Positions 1 through 11,582 of a DNA stretch of 62,406 nt are shown one piece after another. Location of the stretch: contig JAAYJF010000112.1 in NCBI GenBank assembly GCA_012523075.1, positions 1 through 62,406 of the forward strand, read 5' to 3'. The position numbers and the translations under genes are program-made. The notes below the pieces were generated by a model. The model was not told where the DNA came from and ran no database searches. It saw only the letters and a program-made list of their open reading frames with translations. The DNA is from Clostridiales bacterium (GTDB lineage Bacteria > Bacillota > Clostridia > Ch29). Numbering within the stretch: the stretch's first letter is position 1; each line of letters begins with the position of its first letter.

Positions 1-71
1 AGGGTATCCGTTTTGCAATAAGGGAAGGCGGCAGGACGGTAGGCGCGGGAGTAGTATCCAAGATACTGTAA
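1..71 (+). CDS. tuf: elongation factor Tu, 3' end (partial, runs off window start)
   Basis: Frame 3 reads GIRFAIREGGRTVGAGVVSKIL*, the conserved EF-Tu C-terminus. It lies directly upstream of rpsJ. Confidence 0.85.
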   Translation, partial: GIRFAIREGGRTVGAGVVSKIL

Positions 72-84
72 TGAGATGTGGGAT

Positions 85-117
85 GTGAGAGGTGCGAAGT
101 GGGAATCACACCTCTCA
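85..117 (+). terminator. hairpin after tuf (gtgagaggtg / cacctctcac)
   Basis: Perfect 10-bp inverted repeat 14 nt after the tuf stop. The downstream T tract is weak (ttctc). Confidence 0.4.
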
Positions 118-132
118 CTTCTCAAATGGCTA

Positions 133-161
133 TTGATATTTTATTGCTGTTATTATAGAAT
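133..161 (+). promoter_or_regulatory. candidate sigma-A promoter for the S10 operon
   Basis: TTGATA-N17-TAGAAT read directly. It would give a leader of about 200 nt before rpsJ. Confidence 0.3.
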
Positions 162-365
162 ATAGAAGTTGCAGTAAGGATGCGATGAACTGGAAGGTTG
201 CTGGAGATTTCCGGGAAATTTCCGGGGAGTATGTCCACATCTCGAATGGGGCGACTTTGGTTTTGTATGCACGCATTTAAAAAAAATTCAAAACGCCTGG
301 ATGAGTGTATATGAGACTGGGTTGCGCGTAAACAAAAACGTGCGATTTATAAGGAGGGAAATTTA

Positions 366-674
366 ATGGCGAAACAAAAAATCAGGATAAGGTTGAAGGC
401 GTTTGACCATTCGGCACTTGACCAGTCCGCAGTTAAGATTGTGGATACGGCGAAAAAAACCGGTGCCAAGGTATCCGGTCCTATACCGCTGCCTACCGAA
501 AAGGATGTAGTGACGATACTTAGAGCTCCTCATAAGTACAAGGATTCGAGGGAACAGTTCGAAATAAGGACTCACAAAAGGCTTATAGACATCCATAATC
601 CCAATCCCAAAACGGTAGACGCGCTTATGCGCCTTGACCTGCCCGCCGGAGTGGATATAGAAATTAAATTGTAA
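366..674 (+). CDS. rpsJ: 30S ribosomal protein S10
   Basis: [15 protein letters not shown]...; GGAGG RBS; first gene of the S10 operon. Confidence 0.97.
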   Translation: MAKQKIRIRLKAFDHSALDQSAVKIVDTAKKTGAKVSGPIPLPTEKDVVTILRAPHKYKDSREQFEIRTHKRLIDIHNPNPKTVDALMRLDLPAGVDIEIKL

Positions 675-735
675 GGCTATTATGATTGTCCGAAACAATG
701 GGATAATCCGCTAATAAGTTTTGGAGGTGCAGCAA

Positions 736-1365
736 ATGGAGAAAGGTATACTGGGGAAGAAGATGGGTATGACACAGGTGTTTGACGAAAACGGAAATAT
801 TATTCCGGTTACGGTTATTAAGGCTGGGCCTGTGAAGGTTGTACAGAAAAAGACTGTTGAAAGCGATGGGTATAAGGCAATACAGGTAGGCTTCGAAGAG
901 GCGAAACCCGCTAAGGTAAACAAGCCCATGAAGGGTCATTTTGACAAGGGCGGGGTTGAGTACAAAAAGGTTCTCATGGAATTTAGGGTTCAAAATCCCG
1001 ACGCATACGAAGTCGGGCAGGAGATAAAGGTTGACATATTCGAGGAAGGCGAAAAGGTGGACGTGGCAGGTACGTCCAAGGGTAAAGGGTTTCAGGGCGT
1101 AATAAAAAGATGGAATCAAGGCCGCGGCCCTATGACCCATGGCTCAAAGTATCACAGGGGAGTAGGCTCTATGGGAGGGTCCAGTTCACCATCCAAAACC
1201 TTTAAGGGTAAGAATATGCCGGGCAGAATGGGCGGCGAAAGGGTCACTGTGCAGAACTTAGAGGTGGTTAAGGTGGACCCGGAGCACAATCTCCTGCTTC
1301 TAAAGGGAGCGGTGCCGGGGCCAAAGGGTGGTTTGCTGGTCATAAAGGATTCTGTAAAAGCATAA
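736..1365 (+). CDS. rplC: 50S ribosomal protein L3
   Basis: [16 protein letters not shown]... The ATG at 736 follows the GGAGGTG RBS, so the track start at 721 (TTG) is probably too early. Confidence 0.96.
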   Translation: MEKGILGKKMGMTQVFDENGNIIPVTVIKAGPVKVVQKKTVESDGYKAIQVGFEEAKPAKVNKPMKGHFDKGGVEYKKVLMEFRVQNPDAYEVGQEIKVDIFEEGEKVDVAGTSKGKGFQGVIKRWNQGRGPMTHGSKYHRGVGSMGGSSSPSKTFKGKNMPGRMGGERVTVQNLEVVKVDPEHNLLLLKGAVPGPKGGLLVIKDSVKA

Positions 1366-1392
1366 GAGGGTTTGTAGAAGGGAGGAAAGAAT

Positions 1393-2019
1393 ATGCCGAA
1401 AGTAGCAGTTTATAATACCGAAGGACAACAGGTGGACGAAATGGAACTGAAGGACGAGATTTTTGGCGTCCCGGTGAACGAAGCGTTGCTGCATCAGGCA
1501 GTGCAAGTATATCTGGCCAACAAAAGACAGGGCACCCAGTCTGCCAAAACCAGGGCGGAAGTTAGGGGTGGCGGCAGAAAACCCTGGAGACAAAAAGGGA
1601 CCGGAAGAGCAAGGCAGGGTAGCATCCGTTCTCCGCAGTGGACAGGTGGAGGAGTGGTATTCGCACCCAAGCCTAGGGATTTTGCACAAAAATTTCCCAA
1701 GAAAATGCGTCGGCAGGCAATGCTCTCCGCTTTGAGTTCAAAGGCCCGGAACAATGAAATTATGGTGTTGGACAGCTTGGTAATGGAAGAGCCCAAGTCT
1801 GCTTTTATTCATGGAATGTTAAAGAACCTTAAAGCAGGTAAAAAAGCTCTTATAGTAGTTAAGTGCAATGACGAAGTGGTGGCGAAATCCGCAAGAAACA
1901 TTCCCGGCGTTAAATCGGCCTTCGCGGGCGGTCTTAACGTGTATGACATACTAAAGCATGATACCTTTGTGATAACGAGGGATGCGGTGAAAGAGGTTGA
2001 GGAGGTGTACGGGAAATGA
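1393..2019 (+). CDS. rplD: 50S ribosomal protein L4
   Basis: Translation and operon position match L4. Confidence 0.96.
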   Translation: MPKVAVYNTEGQQVDEMELKDEIFGVPVNEALLHQAVQVYLANKRQGTQSAKTRAEVRGGGRKPWRQKGTGRARQGSIRSPQWTGGGVVFAPKPRDFAQKFPKKMRRQAMLSALSSKARNNEIMVLDSLVMEEPKSAFIHGMLKNLKAGKKALIVVKCNDEVVAKSARNIPGVKSAFAGGLNVYDILKHDTFVITRDAVKEVEEVYGK

Positions 2020-2306
2020 AGGCTCCCCAGGATATAGTTGTTCGCCCGGTAATAACCGAGAGAAGCATGAGGGATATGGAAGAAAGCAAGTACACCTTTG
2101 TGGTAGACAGGAAAGCTAACAAGATTGAGATAAAGAAAGCCGTTGAAGAGCTGTTCGGCGTTAAGGTGGAAAAGGTAAACGTTGTAAACTACATGGGCAA
2201 GATGAGAAGAATGGGTAGAAATATTGGCAGGAAGGCAAGTTGGAAAAAGGCCTTCGTGAAGCTTACGGAGGATAGCAAAAAAATAGAGTTCTTCGAAGGA
2301 ATGTAA
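2016..2306 (+). CDS. rplW: 50S ribosomal protein L23
   Basis: Translation and operon position; 4-nt overlap with rplD. Confidence 0.96.
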   Translation: MKAPQDIVVRPVITERSMRDMEESKYTFVVDRKANKIEIKKAVEELFGVKVEKVNVVNYMGKMRRMGRNIGRKASWKKAFVKLTEDSKKIEFFEGM

Positions 2307-2325
2307 ATGCAAGGAGGGAAAAAAT

Positions 2326-3156
2326 ATGGCAGTAAAAAAATTCAGGCCTACCTCCCCGGGAATAAGAAACATGACGGTTTTGGACTATTCAGGGGTTACA
2401 ACCGATAAACCGGAAAAATCCCTTGTAACGGATCTGAAAAAATCCGGAGGAAGGAACGTATACGGCAGAATTACCGTCCGGCACAGAGGAGGCGGGCATA
2501 AGAGGAAATATAGGATTATAGACTTCAAAAGAAACAAGGATGGGGTCCCGGCGAGGGTTGCCACCATCGAATACGACCCGAACAGAAGCGCCAACATCGC
2601 GCTCCTTAATTATGCCGATGGTGAAAAACGATATATTATCGCACCGTTGGGGCTCAAGGTGGGCGATATTGTGGTGTCCGGACAGGACGTGGACATTAAA
2701 CCGGGCAACGCTCTTCCCCTTTCATGTATTCCTATGGGTACCATTATCCATAATATTGAGTTAAAGCCCGGAAAGGGCGCCCAGCTTGTCAGGGCTGCGG
2801 GCAATTCCGCACAGCTTATGGCAAAGGAGGGGGGTTACGCACAGATAAAGCTTCCTTCCGGAGAGGTGAGAATGGTAAGACAGGAGTGCAGGGCAACAGT
2901 GGGTCAGGTTGGGAATCTGGACCACGAGAATATTACCATAGGTAAGGCCGGGAGAAAACGAAATTTAGGCATAAGGCCCACTGTGAGAGGCTCGGCAATG
3001 AACCCGGCTGACCATCCGCATGGTGGCGGTGAGGGTAAGGCTCCGATAGGAAGGCCAGCACCGGTTACCCCGTGGGGCAAGCCCACAATAGGATACAAAA
3101 CGAGGAAGAAAAATAAGGATAGCGACAAGTTTATAATTAAACGACGCAAGAAGTAA
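2326..3156 (+). CDS. rplB: 50S ribosomal protein L2
   Basis: [14 protein letters not shown]...HPHGGGEG motif. Confidence 0.97.
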   Translation: MAVKKFRPTSPGIRNMTVLDYSGVTTDKPEKSLVTDLKKSGGRNVYGRITVRHRGGGHKRKYRIIDFKRNKDGVPARVATIEYDPNRSANIALLNYADGEKRYIIAPLGLKVGDIVVSGQDVDIKPGNALPLSCIPMGTIIHNIELKPGKGAQLVRAAGNSAQLMAKEGGYAQIKLPSGEVRMVRQECRATVGQVGNLDHENITIGKAGRKRNLGIRPTVRGSAMNPADHPHGGGEGKAPIGRPAPVTPWGKPTIGYKTRKKNKDSDKFIIKRRKK

Positions 3157-3181
3157 GAAAAGAAGGGAGGAAGTATTGTTT

Positions 3182-3466
3182 ATGGGAAGGTCACTAAAAA
3201 AAGGGCCCTATGTTCAACCCAAGCTTTTGGAGAGAATAGAAAAGATGAATAAAAACAACGAAAAAAAGGTTCTTAAGACCTGGTCGAGGGCATCAACCAT
3301 CTTCCCGCAAATGGTAGGCCATACCATAGCGGTGCACGATGGCAGAAAACATGTCCCTGTTTATATAACCGAGGAAATGGTGGGTCACAAACTGGGCGAA
3401 TTCGCGCCTACCAGAACCTTCAGGGGGCACGGTTCCCACACCGAAAGGTCAACGTCACTCAAGTAG
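3182..3466 (+). CDS. rpsS: 30S ribosomal protein S19
   Basis: [11 protein letters not shown]...; the ATG at 3182 lies after the GGGAGGA RBS. Confidence 0.96.
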   Translation: MGRSLKKGPYVQPKLLERIEKMNKNNEKKVLKTWSRASTIFPQMVGHTIAVHDGRKHVPVYITEEMVGHKLGEFAPTRTFRGHGSHTERSTSLK

Positions 3467-3482
3467 AGGGAAGGAGGGTTTA

Positions 3483-3821
3483 ATGGTGGAAGCAAAAGCG
3501 CATGTTAAATATGTCAGAATATCACCCCGCAAGGTCGAGATTGTCTTGGACCAGATAAGGGGTAAGAGCATAGATGAGGCGTTAGCCATACTGAGGTACT
3601 TGCCCCAGAAAGGCGCAAGGATAACCGAGAAGCTTATACAGTCGGCGGCGGCTAATGCCGAAAACAACCACGATATGGTTAGGGATAATCTGTATGTTGC
3701 GCAGGTTTACGCGAACCAAGGGCCTACCATGAAAAGGTATAAGGCGAGGGCCCAGGGCAGGGCGAACCTGATACGCAAAAGAAGCACCCATATCTCTGTG
3801 ATACTCAGGGAAAAACAGTAA
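3483..3821 (+). CDS. rplV: 50S ribosomal protein L22
   Basis: Translation and operon position. Confidence 0.96.
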   Translation: MVEAKAHVKYVRISPRKVEIVLDQIRGKSIDEALAILRYLPQKGARITEKLIQSAAANAENNHDMVRDNLYVAQVYANQGPTMKRYKARAQGRANLIRKRSTHISVILREKQ

Positions 3822-3837
3822 AAGGAGGGAAAGCTAA

Positions 3838-4485
3838 GTGGGTCAAAAAGTCAATCCCCACGGACTCAGAGTTGGAATAATAAAAGACTGGAGTTCAAAG
3901 TGGTATTCGGGTAAAAAGGATTTTTCAAACCTTCTAATAGAAGACAAAAAAATAAGAAAACACGTTAAGGCTAAATTTTTTACCTCCGGCGTTTCCAAGG
4001 TGGAAATCGAACGGGCTGCCAACAGGGTCAAGGTTACCATTTATACCGCCAAACCGGGAATGGTAATAGGCAAAGGCGGCTCGGGAGTTGAGGATTTGAA
4101 AAAAGAGCTGGAGGCCATGACGGGTAAGAACGTGTTCATCAATATAATAGAGATAAAGGTCCCCGAGCTTAATGCACAGCTTGTTGCTGAAAATATAGCA
4201 TCTCAGCTTGAGCGAAGGGTTTCCTTCCGAAGGGCAATGAAGCAGTCGATACAGCGTACCATGCGTTCGGGAGCCAAGGGTATCAAAACAATGGTATCCG
4301 GAAGACTTGGCGGAGCAGAAATAGCGCGAAGCGAAAGGTACAGTGAAGGAACCATACCGCTGCAAACGTTAAGAGCCGACATAGATTATGGTTTTGCAGA
4401 GGCGGATACTACCTACGGTAAAATCGGCGTTAAGGTATGGATATACAAGGGGGAAATCCTGGGTAAGACCAAAAGCGAAAATTAG
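3838..4485 (+). CDS. rpsC: 30S ribosomal protein S3
   Basis: GTG start; [14 protein letters not shown]... Confidence 0.96.
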   Translation: MGQKVNPHGLRVGIIKDWSSKWYSGKKDFSNLLIEDKKIRKHVKAKFFTSGVSKVEIERAANRVKVTIYTAKPGMVIGKGGSGVEDLKKELEAMTGKNVFINIIEIKVPELNAQLVAENIASQLERRVSFRRAMKQSIQRTMRSGAKGIKTMVSGRLGGAEIARSERYSEGTIPLQTLRADIDYGFAEADTTYGKIGVKVWIYKGEILGKTKSEN

Positions 4486-4512
4486 GGACTCGAAAGGGAG
4501 GAGGAAGGCCAA

Positions 4513-4947
4513 ATGTTGATACCGAAAAGGGTCAAGCGCCGAAAAGTCCAGAGGGGCAGAATGAAGGGAAAAGCAACCCGTGGTAGCACCATAGCATACG
4601 GTCAGTTCGGTCTGCAGGCGACTGAGCCCGGGTGGATTACTTCCAATCAAATAGAAGCCGCAAGAATAGCTATGACCAGATATATAAAAAGAGGCGGAAA
4701 AGTTTGGATAAAGATATTTCCTGACAAACCCGTTACGCAAAAACCCGCCGAAACCAGGATGGGTTCGGGTAAAGGTTCGCCCGAGTATTGGGTAGCGGTA
4801 GTAAAACCAGGAAGGGTTATGTTCGAAATATCCGGTGTAAACGAAGAAGTTGCAAGGGAAGCAATGCGACTGGCCATGCATAAACTGCCTATTAAATGTA
4901 AATTTGTAAAACGCGAAGAAGTGGGTGGTGAAGCAAATGAAAGCTAA
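4513..4947 (+). CDS. rplP: 50S ribosomal protein L16
   Basis: [19 protein letters not shown]... Confidence 0.96.
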   Translation: MLIPKRVKRRKVQRGRMKGKATRGSTIAYGQFGLQATEPGWITSNQIEAARIAMTRYIKRGGKVWIKIFPDKPVTQKPAETRMGSGKGSPEYWVAVVKPGRVMFEISGVNEEVAREAMRLAMHKLPIKCKFVKREEVGGEANES

Positions 4948-5140
4948 AGAGGTCAGGGAAATGACTGTACAGGAACTGGAAAAAAAGGCTCAGGAGTTAA
5001 AAGGGGAGCTATTTAACCTCAGGTTTCAACTTGCTACGGGACAATTGGATAACCCGATGAGGATTAAACAGGTAAGAAAATCCATTGCCAGGATAAAAAC
5101 GGTTTTGAGGGAAAGAGAACTAAAAGGTATTAAGGCGTAA
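4937..5140 (+). CDS. rpmC: 50S ribosomal protein L29
   Basis: [17 protein letters not shown]...; the ATG at 4937 overlaps the end of rplP. Confidence 0.93.
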   Translation: MKAKEVREMTVQELEKKAQELKGELFNLRFQLATGQLDNPMRIKQVRKSIARIKTVLRERELKGIKA

Positions 5141-5168
5141 CACCTTTTTAGGAAGGAGGAAAAGGTCT

Positions 5169-5423
5169 ATGATACGGGGCAACAGAAAGACAAGGATCGG
5201 TAAAGTGGTTAGCAACAAGATGGATAAAACCATAGTTGTGGCGGTTGAGGCTCTTGTAAGGCATCCGCTGTATGGTAAAACAATAAAGCAAACCAAGAAG
5301 TTTAAGGCCCACGACGAAGGCAACCAGTGTTCGATTGGGGACAGGGTAAAAATTATGGAAACAAGGCCCCTTAGCAGGGAAAAAAGGTGGAGACTCGTTG
5401 AGATAATCGAAAAGGCACAATAA
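5169..5423 (+). CDS. rpsQ: 30S ribosomal protein S17
   Basis: Translation and operon position. Confidence 0.95.
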   Translation: MIRGNRKTRIGKVVSNKMDKTIVVAVEALVRHPLYGKTIKQTKKFKAHDEGNQCSIGDRVKIMETRPLSREKRWRLVEIIEKAQ

Positions 5424-5455
5424 TCAACTAAGTTTGCCGGAAGGAGGTATTTCCG

Positions 5456-5824
5456 ATGATACAATCTGAATCCCGCCTTAGAGTAGCTGACAATTCCGGA
5501 GCCAAGGAATTGCTTTGCATAAAAGTTATCGGGGGCTCGAGGAAGAGATACGCCAATGTAGGGGATATAATAGTCGCTACCGTTAAAGATGCAACACCCG
5601 GCGGTGTTGTAAAAAAGGGAGACGTAGTAAGGGCGGTAGTGGTGAGAACAACGAAAGGTGTAAAAAGAATAGACGGAAGCTCTATAAAATTTGACGAGAA
5701 CGCTGCGGTTATAATAAGAGAAGACAAGCAACCAAGGGGAACAAGGATATTTGGCCCAGTTGCCAGGGAGCTTAGAGAAAAGGACTTCATGAAAATAGTT
5801 TCTCTTGCACCCGAAGTTCTCTAA
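5456..5824 (+). CDS. rplN: 50S ribosomal protein L14
   Basis: [18 protein letters not shown]... Confidence 0.97.
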   Translation: MIQSESRLRVADNSGAKELLCIKVIGGSRKRYANVGDIIVATVKDATPGGVVKKGDVVRAVVVRTTKGVKRIDGSSIKFDENAAVIIREDKQPRGTRIFGPVARELREKDFMKIVSLAPEVL

Positions 5825-5841
5825 CTGAGGAGGTGGCTGTT

Positions 5842-6174
5842 TTGAAGGGTAAAGCAAAAATGCATGTTCGAAAAGGGGATACGGTTGAACTGATCTCAGG
5901 AAAAGACAAGGGCAAAAAAGGTAAAGTGCTGACAGCCTTTCCCAAGGAAAACCGTGTCATAGTTGAGGGCGTTAATATGCTTACAAAGCATGTAAAACCG
6001 ACCCGGCAGATGCAGCAGGGGGGAATAATCCGACAGGAGGGTCCGGTGCATGTTTCCAACGTGCTGTTGTACTGCCCTAAGTGTAAAAGGGGCCGAAGGT
6101 CCGGCAGAAAGATATTAAAGGATGGCACCAAGGTGAGATTTTGTAAAGCCTGTGGCGAAACTCTTGATAAATAA
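5842..6174 (+). CDS. rplX: 50S ribosomal protein L24
   Basis: KOW motif [10 protein letters not shown]. The start is uncertain: TTG 5842 lies 6 nt after GAGGAGGTG, and ATG 5860 is the alternative. Confidence 0.9.
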   Translation: MKGKAKMHVRKGDTVELISGKDKGKKGKVLTAFPKENRVIVEGVNMLTKHVKPTRQMQQGGIIRQEGPVHVSNVLLYCPKCKRGRRSGRKILKDGTKVRFCKACGETLDK

Positions 6175-6199
6175 AAGAGTAGGGGAAGGAGGTAGTCGC

Positions 6200-6742
6200 A
6201 TGTCAAGACTTTTGGATAAGTACCATAATGAAGCAGTACCTGCTCTTATGGAGAAGTTTGGATACAAAAATATAATGGAAGTCCCAAGGATAGTAAAGGT
6301 AATAATCAACATGAGGGTTGGCGAGGCCAAGGAGAACGCCAAAACGTTGGAGGCGGCGCTGGAGGACCTAACTGCAATAAGCGCACAAAAACCGGTTGTC
6401 ACCAGGGCAAAAAAGTCCGTCGCCGCGTTTAAGCTGCGCGCCGGGATGCCTATAGGGTGTAAAGTTACGCTGAGGGGCGAGAGAATGTACGAGTTTCTTG
6501 ACAAACTTTTCAATATTGCCCTGCCAAGGGTAAGGGACTTTAGGGGCATATCCCCCGATGCCTTTGATGGCAGGGGTAATTTCGCGCTGGGTATCAAGGA
6601 ACAGCTGATTTTCCCGGAAATCGATTACGATAAGATTGAAAAGATACGGGGAATGGACGTAGCTATTGTTACAACAGGCAAAACCGACGAAGAGGCACGG
6701 GAGCTCTTAAGGATACTGGGAGTACCCTTTAGAAAACAATAA
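6200..6742 (+). CDS. rplE: 50S ribosomal protein L5
   Basis: [14 protein letters not shown]...; the ATG at 6200 follows the GGAAGGAGG RBS, so the upstream part of the track ORF is a read-through extension. Confidence 0.95.
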   Translation: MSRLLDKYHNEAVPALMEKFGYKNIMEVPRIVKVIINMRVGEAKENAKTLEAALEDLTAISAQKPVVTRAKKSVAAFKLRAGMPIGCKVTLRGERMYEFLDKLFNIALPRVRDFRGISPDAFDGRGNFALGIKEQLIFPEIDYDKIEKIRGMDVAIVTTGKTDEEARELLRILGVPFRKQ

Positions 6743-6757
6743 GGAGGTAAGGAATCG

Positions 6758-6943
6758 GTGGCTAAAAAATCGATGATAGCCAAGCAGAAAAGAAGGCCTA
6801 AATACAGCACCAGGGCTTACAATAGATGCAAGGTATGTGGGAGACCCCATGCGTACCTTAGAAAATTCGGCATATGCCGTGTTTGTTTCAGGGAGTTTGC
6901 CTACAGGGGAGAGATCCCGGGTGTTAAGAAAGCTAGCTGGTAA
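6758..6943 (+). CDS. rpsN: 30S ribosomal protein S14, short zinc-binding type Z
   Basis: 61 aa with CKVCGRP...CRVC; GTG start. Confidence 0.95.
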   Translation: MAKKSMIAKQKRRPKYSTRAYNRCKVCGRPHAYLRKFGICRVCFREFAYRGEIPGVKKASW

Positions 6944-6972
6944 GGCTTTATAACGGAAGGAGGTAGAGATAC

Positions 6973-7371
6973 ATGGTTATGACCGACCCCATTGCTGATA
7001 TGCTGACTCGTATTAGGAATGCGAACACTGTTAAACACAGTCAGGTAGAGATTCCAGCATCAAATATGAAGAAGGCTATCGCCAAGATTTTACTTGACGA
7101 GGGTTTTATAAAAGGATACGAAGTTAAAGAGGACGGAAAGCAGGGGATCATCAAAATAGAGATGAAATATGCCCAGGGCCAGGAAAAGGTTTTGAGCGGT
7201 TTAAAGAGAATATCCAAACCCGGGCTGAGGGTATACGTGAATAAAGATGAGATTCCAAAGGTGTTGGGAGGGCTTGGCGTAGCGATAATTTCCACGTCCA
7301 AGGGCCTTATGACCGATGCCCAGGCAAGGAAGGAAAGCATCGGGGGAGAAGTTGTCTGTTATATATGGTAG
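6973..7371 (+). CDS. rpsH: 30S ribosomal protein S8
   Basis: [15 protein letters not shown]... Confidence 0.96.
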   Translation: MVMTDPIADMLTRIRNANTVKHSQVEIPASNMKKAIAKILLDEGFIKGYEVKEDGKQGIIKIEMKYAQGQEKVLSGLKRISKPGLRVYVNKDEIPKVLGGLGVAIISTSKGLMTDAQARKESIGGEVVCYIW

Positions 7372-7389
7372 TTTACAGGAGGTGTTACA

Positions 7390-7929
7390 ATGTCCAGGAT
7401 TGGTAAGTTACCCATAGAGATACCCGGCGGGGTTGAAGTGACTATAGGCGAAGGCAATTTCATAACGATAAAGGGCCCGCTGGGTAAAATGGAGCGCAAA
7501 ATGCACAGGGATATGGTTATTACTAGGGAAGACGATAAAATAGTAGTAAAAAGGCCCTCTGACAACAAGTTCCACAAATCCCTTCACGGGCTAACCAGAT
7601 CGCTTATCGCCAACATGGTGGAGGGCGTGACAAAGGGCTACCAGAAAACCCTTGAGATAAACGGGGTAGGATACAGGGCACAAAAACAGGGTAAAAAACT
7701 TGTCTTGAGCGTAGGATATTCTCACCCGGTGGAGATGCTTGATCCGGAGGGTATAACCGTTGAGGTGGAAGGTACCAACAAGGTTATGGTAAAGGGTATC
7801 GACAAACAGCTGGTGGGCAATTACGCCGCGAAAATCCGAAGCGTGAGGGAGCCCGAGCCCTACAAAGGAAAGGGAATTAAGTATGATTACGAGCATATCA
7901 GACGTAAGGTAGGCAAGACCGGCAAATAG
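7390..7929 (+). CDS. rplF: 50S ribosomal protein L6
   Basis: [15 protein letters not shown]... Confidence 0.96.
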   Translation: MSRIGKLPIEIPGGVEVTIGEGNFITIKGPLGKMERKMHRDMVITREDDKIVVKRPSDNKFHKSLHGLTRSLIANMVEGVTKGYQKTLEINGVGYRAQKQGKKLVLSVGYSHPVEMLDPEGITVEVEGTNKVMVKGIDKQLVGNYAAKIRSVREPEPYKGKGIKYDYEHIRRKVGKTGK

Positions 7930-7950
7930 GTAAGAAGGGAGAGAACAAGC

Positions 7951-8319
7951 TTGCTTAAGAAAATGGTTAGAAACGAGGCCCGGAAGAAGAGGCACAGGGT
8001 GGTAAGGAACAAGATACACGGCAGTGCCGAAAGGCCGCGGCTTAACGTATACAGAAGTCTTAACCATATTTACGCTCAGTTGGTAGACGATGATGCCGGA
8101 GTTACACTGCTGGCGGTTTCCACCCAGGATAAGGAAGTGAAGGAAACGGTGGAGAAGGGATATAATCTGGATGCTGCCAAGGCGGTGGGCAAAGTGGTGG
8201 CAGACAGGGCGCTTCAAAAAGGGATAAAAAACATTGTCTTCGACAGGGGCGGTTACAAGTATCACGGCAGGGTTAAGGCCCTGGCGGATGCAGCCAGAGA
8301 GAACGGCCTGAATTTCTAG
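7951..8319 (+). CDS. rplR: 50S ribosomal protein L18
   Basis: TTG start; translation and operon position. Confidence 0.94.
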   Translation: MLKKMVRNEARKKRHRVVRNKIHGSAERPRLNVYRSLNHIYAQLVDDDAGVTLLAVSTQDKEVKETVEKGYNLDAAKAVGKVVADRALQKGIKNIVFDRGGYKYHGRVKALADAARENGLNF

Positions 8320-8336
8320 GATAAGGAGGGAGATAA

Positions 8337-8849
8337 ATGCAAAACAGGGCAAGGAATACTGACCAGTCAAAGCCGGACCTTGTTGAAAAGGTTATTCATA
8401 TAGGAAGGGTTGCCAAGGTTGTTAAAGGTGGAAGAAACTTCAGGTTTAGTGCACTGGTGGTTGTCGGTGACGAGAACGGAAGCGTTGGTGTCGGAACCGG
8501 CAAGGCGGTGGAAGTGCCGGAGGCCATCAGGAAAGCAATAGAAGCCGCCAAGAGGGATATGGTAAAGGTCCCGATGGTGGGCACCACAATACCCCACGAG
8601 GTAGTAGGCCGATACGGAGCAGGCAAAGTAATTATGATGCCGGCAAAGGAAGGTACCGGAATAATTGCGGGCGGCCCGGTCAGGGCTGTGCTTGAGTGTG
8701 CAGGCGTCAGGGACATAAGGGCCAAATCAATCGGTTCAAACAACCCAAGGAATATGGTTAATGCCACCATGGAAGGAATAGCAATGCTTAAGACCGCAGC
8801 ACAGGTTGCCAAGCTGAGGGGAAAAACTGTGGAAGAGATTTTGGGTTAG
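8337..8849 (+). CDS. rpsE: 30S ribosomal protein S5
   Basis: Translation and operon position. Confidence 0.96.
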   Translation: MQNRARNTDQSKPDLVEKVIHIGRVAKVVKGGRNFRFSALVVVGDENGSVGVGTGKAVEVPEAIRKAIEAAKRDMVKVPMVGTTIPHEVVGRYGAGKVIMMPAKEGTGIIAGGPVRAVLECAGVRDIRAKSIGSNNPRNMVNATMEGIAMLKTAAQVAKLRGKTVEEILG

Positions 8850-8862
8850 GAGGGCGTTTGTT

Positions 8863-9045
8863 GTGGCTAAGTTAAAGATTAAACTTATAAAAAGTACAAT
8901 CGGAAGCAAAAAGGACCAGAAGGCGACGGTTGAGGCTTTAGGTCTTAGGAAAATATCCCAGGTGGTTGAAAAAAACGATACGCCGGAGATAAGGGGTATG
9001 GTAAACAAGGTAAGCCATCTGGTCGAGGTGGAAGAAGTTAACTAA
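8863..9045 (+). CDS. rpmD: 50S ribosomal protein L30
   Basis: GTG start; [14 protein letters not shown]... Confidence 0.94.
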   Translation: MAKLKIKLIKSTIGSKKDQKATVEALGLRKISQVVEKNDTPEIRGMVNKVSHLVEVEEVN

Positions 9046-9058
9046 AGGAGGTGCCACT

Positions 9059-9499
9059 ATGAAGTTGCATGAGCTTAAACCTGCACAGGGCGCAAAACGT
9101 AAAGCTAAAAGGGTTGGAAGAGGCATGAGTTCCGGCCACGGCAAGACCTCCGGCAGGGGGCACAAGGGACAAAAATCCCGCTCCGGTGGCGGTGTAAGAC
9201 CCGGCTTCGAGGGCGGCCAGATGCCGCTGCAGCGAAGGATACCCAAGAGGGGCTTTACAAATATTTTCAAAAAAGAATATTCAGTGGTAAATTTGGAAAG
9301 GCTCAATATGTTCGAAGAAGGTTCGGTAATAACCCCGGAACTTATGGCGGAGCAGGGCTTAGTCAAAAAACCCAGCGAGCGCATTAAGGTGCTGGGAGAC
9401 GGAGAACTGGGCAAAGCCCTGACGGTAAGGGCGCATAAGTTCAGCAAAACGGCAGCCGAGCGCATTGAAGCTGCGGGAGGAAAGGCTGAGGTGATATAG
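9059..9499 (+). CDS. rplO: 50S ribosomal protein L15
   Basis: [14 protein letters not shown]... Confidence 0.96.
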   Translation: MKLHELKPAQGAKRKAKRVGRGMSSGHGKTSGRGHKGQKSRSGGGVRPGFEGGQMPLQRRIPKRGFTNIFKKEYSVVNLERLNMFEEGSVITPELMAEQGLVKKPSERIKVLGDGELGKALTVRAHKFSKTAAERIEAAGGKAEVI

Positions 9500-9500
9500 G

Positions 9501-10757
9501 GTGTTTCAAACGTTGAGGAATGCATGGAAGATACCGGATTTGAAAAGAAGAATCCTCTTCACAATTGCTATGTTGGTAGTATTCAGGGTAGGTGCCTTTA
9601 TACCGGTTCCTGGAATCAATATAGCGGTAATCAAGGATATTGTGCAAAAAGGCGGACTGCTGGGTTTCTTTGACGTGGTTTCAGGGGGAGCCTTCAGCAA
9701 CTTCACTATATTTGCCCTCAGCATAACTCCCTATATTACATCGTCAATTATAATGCAGCTTCTCACCATAGCAATCCCCAAACTGGAGGAACTGGCCAAG
9801 GAGGGGGAAGAGGGCCGCAAAAAAATCGCCCAGTACACAAGGTACGGTACGGTGGTGCTGGCCCTTGTACAGAGTATTGGCTTAAGCCTTGGAATGCGGG
9901 GCGCCCTTTACAATGCAACGCCAATGAATGTTACAATAGTAGCCTTGACTCTGACGGCGGGTACGGCGTTTCTGATGTGGCTGGGTGAGCAGATCACCGA
10001 CAAGGGTATAGGTAACGGGATCTCGCTCCTTATATTTGCAGGTATTATTTCCAGGCTGCCCGACGGGCTTATCACAGTTTACCAGTACTACAGGGTAGGT
10101 ACAACCAACATAGTTGAACTGGTATTGTTCGCCATAGGTGCGGTGTTTATAATAGCCGGCGTTGTGGCCATACAGGAAGGCCAGAGAAGGATACCGGTTC
10201 AGTATGCAAAAAGAGTGGTGGGAAGGAAAATGTACGGGGGGCAAAGCACCCATATTCCTATAAAGGTTAACCAGGCGGGGGTTATTCCTGTAATATTCGC
10301 CTCATCACTGCTTGCATTTCCCCAGACCATTGGGGCTTTCTTCCCCGAGAGCGGGTTTAACACCTTTATGGAAAGATATTTCGCATGGGGTGGGTTTTCC
10401 CATACGCTGTTTACAGCGCTTTTGATAATATTCTTTACCTATTTTTATACGTCTGTTACCTTTAACCCGATAGAGGTGGCAAACAATCTGAGGAAGTACG
10501 GCGGATTTATCCCAGGTATAAGGCCGGGCAAGCCCACAACCGAGTATATCAGCAAGGTTTTGAACAGGATTACGTTGGTGGGAGCCTTTTTCCTGGTTGT
10601 GATAGTAGTTCTCCCGGTAGTACTTATGAGGTTTACCGGGCTTAAGATATACTTTGGAGGAACAGCCCTTCTGATAGTGGTGGGCGTGGCCCTTGAGACC
10701 ATGAAACAAATCGAGGCCCAGATGCTCATGAGACACTATCAGGGATTTCTTAAATAG
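9501..10757 (+). CDS. secY: preprotein translocase subunit SecY
   Basis: 418-aa multi-pass membrane protein in the canonical position after rplO. Confidence 0.96.
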   Translation: MFQTLRNAWKIPDLKRRILFTIAMLVVFRVGAFIPVPGINIAVIKDIVQKGGLLGFFDVVSGGAFSNFTIFALSITPYITSSIIMQLLTIAIPKLEELAKEGEEGRKKIAQYTRYGTVVLALVQSIGLSLGMRGALYNATPMNVTIVALTLTAGTAFLMWLGEQITDKGIGNGISLLIFAGIISRLPDGLITVYQYYRVGTTNIVELVLFAIGAVFIIAGVVAIQEGQRRIPVQYAKRVVGRKMYGGQSTHIPIKVNQAGVIPVIFASSLLAFPQTIGAFFPESGFNTFMERYFAWGGFSHTLFTALLIIFFTYFYTSVTFNPIEVANNLRKYGGFIPGIRPGKPTTEYISKVLNRITLVGAFFLVVIVVLPVVLMRFTGLKIYFGGTALLIVVGVALETMKQIEAQMLMRHYQGFLK

Positions 10758-10760
10758 GAG

Positions 10761-11420
10761 ATGATGGTATTGCGCTTGGTGATAATGGGGCCGCCGGGAG
10801 CAGGCAAAGGGACCCAGTCAGCCATGATAGCCCAAAGGTTCTCGATACCGCATGTATCCACCGGAGATATTTTCAGGAAGAACCTCAAAGAGGGGACACC
10901 GCTGGGAATGAAGGCAAAGGAGTATATGAGCAAAGGCCTTCTTGTGCCGGACGAAACGGTGGTGGCAATAGTAAAGGATCGTTTGGACGAGAAGGATTGC
11001 AAAAAGGGTTTCCTGCTTGACGGTTTTCCAAGGACCGTAGCCCAGGCGGTTGCTCTGGACGGGGTGCTGACAGATATGGATATGAGTATTGACCACGTGC
11101 TTAACATTGATGTACCCAAGGAAGTGCTGATAGAAAGGGCTGTGGGCAGGAGAGTATGCAAAGCTTGCGGTGCTACCTACCACGTGATGTACAACAGCCC
11201 ATCCCGTGAGGGTTTGTGCGACAGCTGCGGTGGTGCACTCATCCAGAGGGAGGACGACAGGGAAGAGACAGTGGTAAAAAGAATAGAAGTGTACCTTGAA
11301 CAGACCAAGCCCTTGATCGATTATTATTCGGAAAAGGGACTGCTAATTAGCATGGATGGCGGACAGGGAATAAAAGAGGTGGGGGATCAAATTGTAAAGG
11401 CCCTCGAAAAAAGGCAGTAA
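10761..11420 (+). CDS. adk: adenylate kinase (zinc-lid type)
   Basis: P-loop GPPGAGKGTQ; lid CKACG...CDSCGG. Confidence 0.96.
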   Translation: MMVLRLVIMGPPGAGKGTQSAMIAQRFSIPHVSTGDIFRKNLKEGTPLGMKAKEYMSKGLLVPDETVVAIVKDRLDEKDCKKGFLLDGFPRTVAQAVALDGVLTDMDMSIDHVLNIDVPKEVLIERAVGRRVCKACGATYHVMYNSPSREGLCDSCGGALIQREDDREETVVKRIEVYLEQTKPLIDYYSEKGLLISMDGGQGIKEVGDQIVKALEKRQ

Positions 11421-11582
11421 ATGATTGTTTTTTGCGTCCCTCCGCCAAAATCCTGGCTATGGCTGCTGCAGACGGTATTGTTGCATCGGTCTGTCCGTCT
11501 GTTTTGAGCACGCTGTAGTCATACCAGGGATGCCCCCCGGATACTTACCCAAACAAAAAAGTTTGACGGAGGTGAATGGGGT

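Noticed and set aside
5120-5857. 245-aa minus-strand ORF. Similar long antisense ORFs occur at 7591..8370, 4369..4881, 1809..2372 and 8938..9525.
   Set aside because: They lie entirely antisense to highly conserved ribosomal protein genes. Their composition is low-complexity, they have no RBS, and they are typical shadow ORFs.
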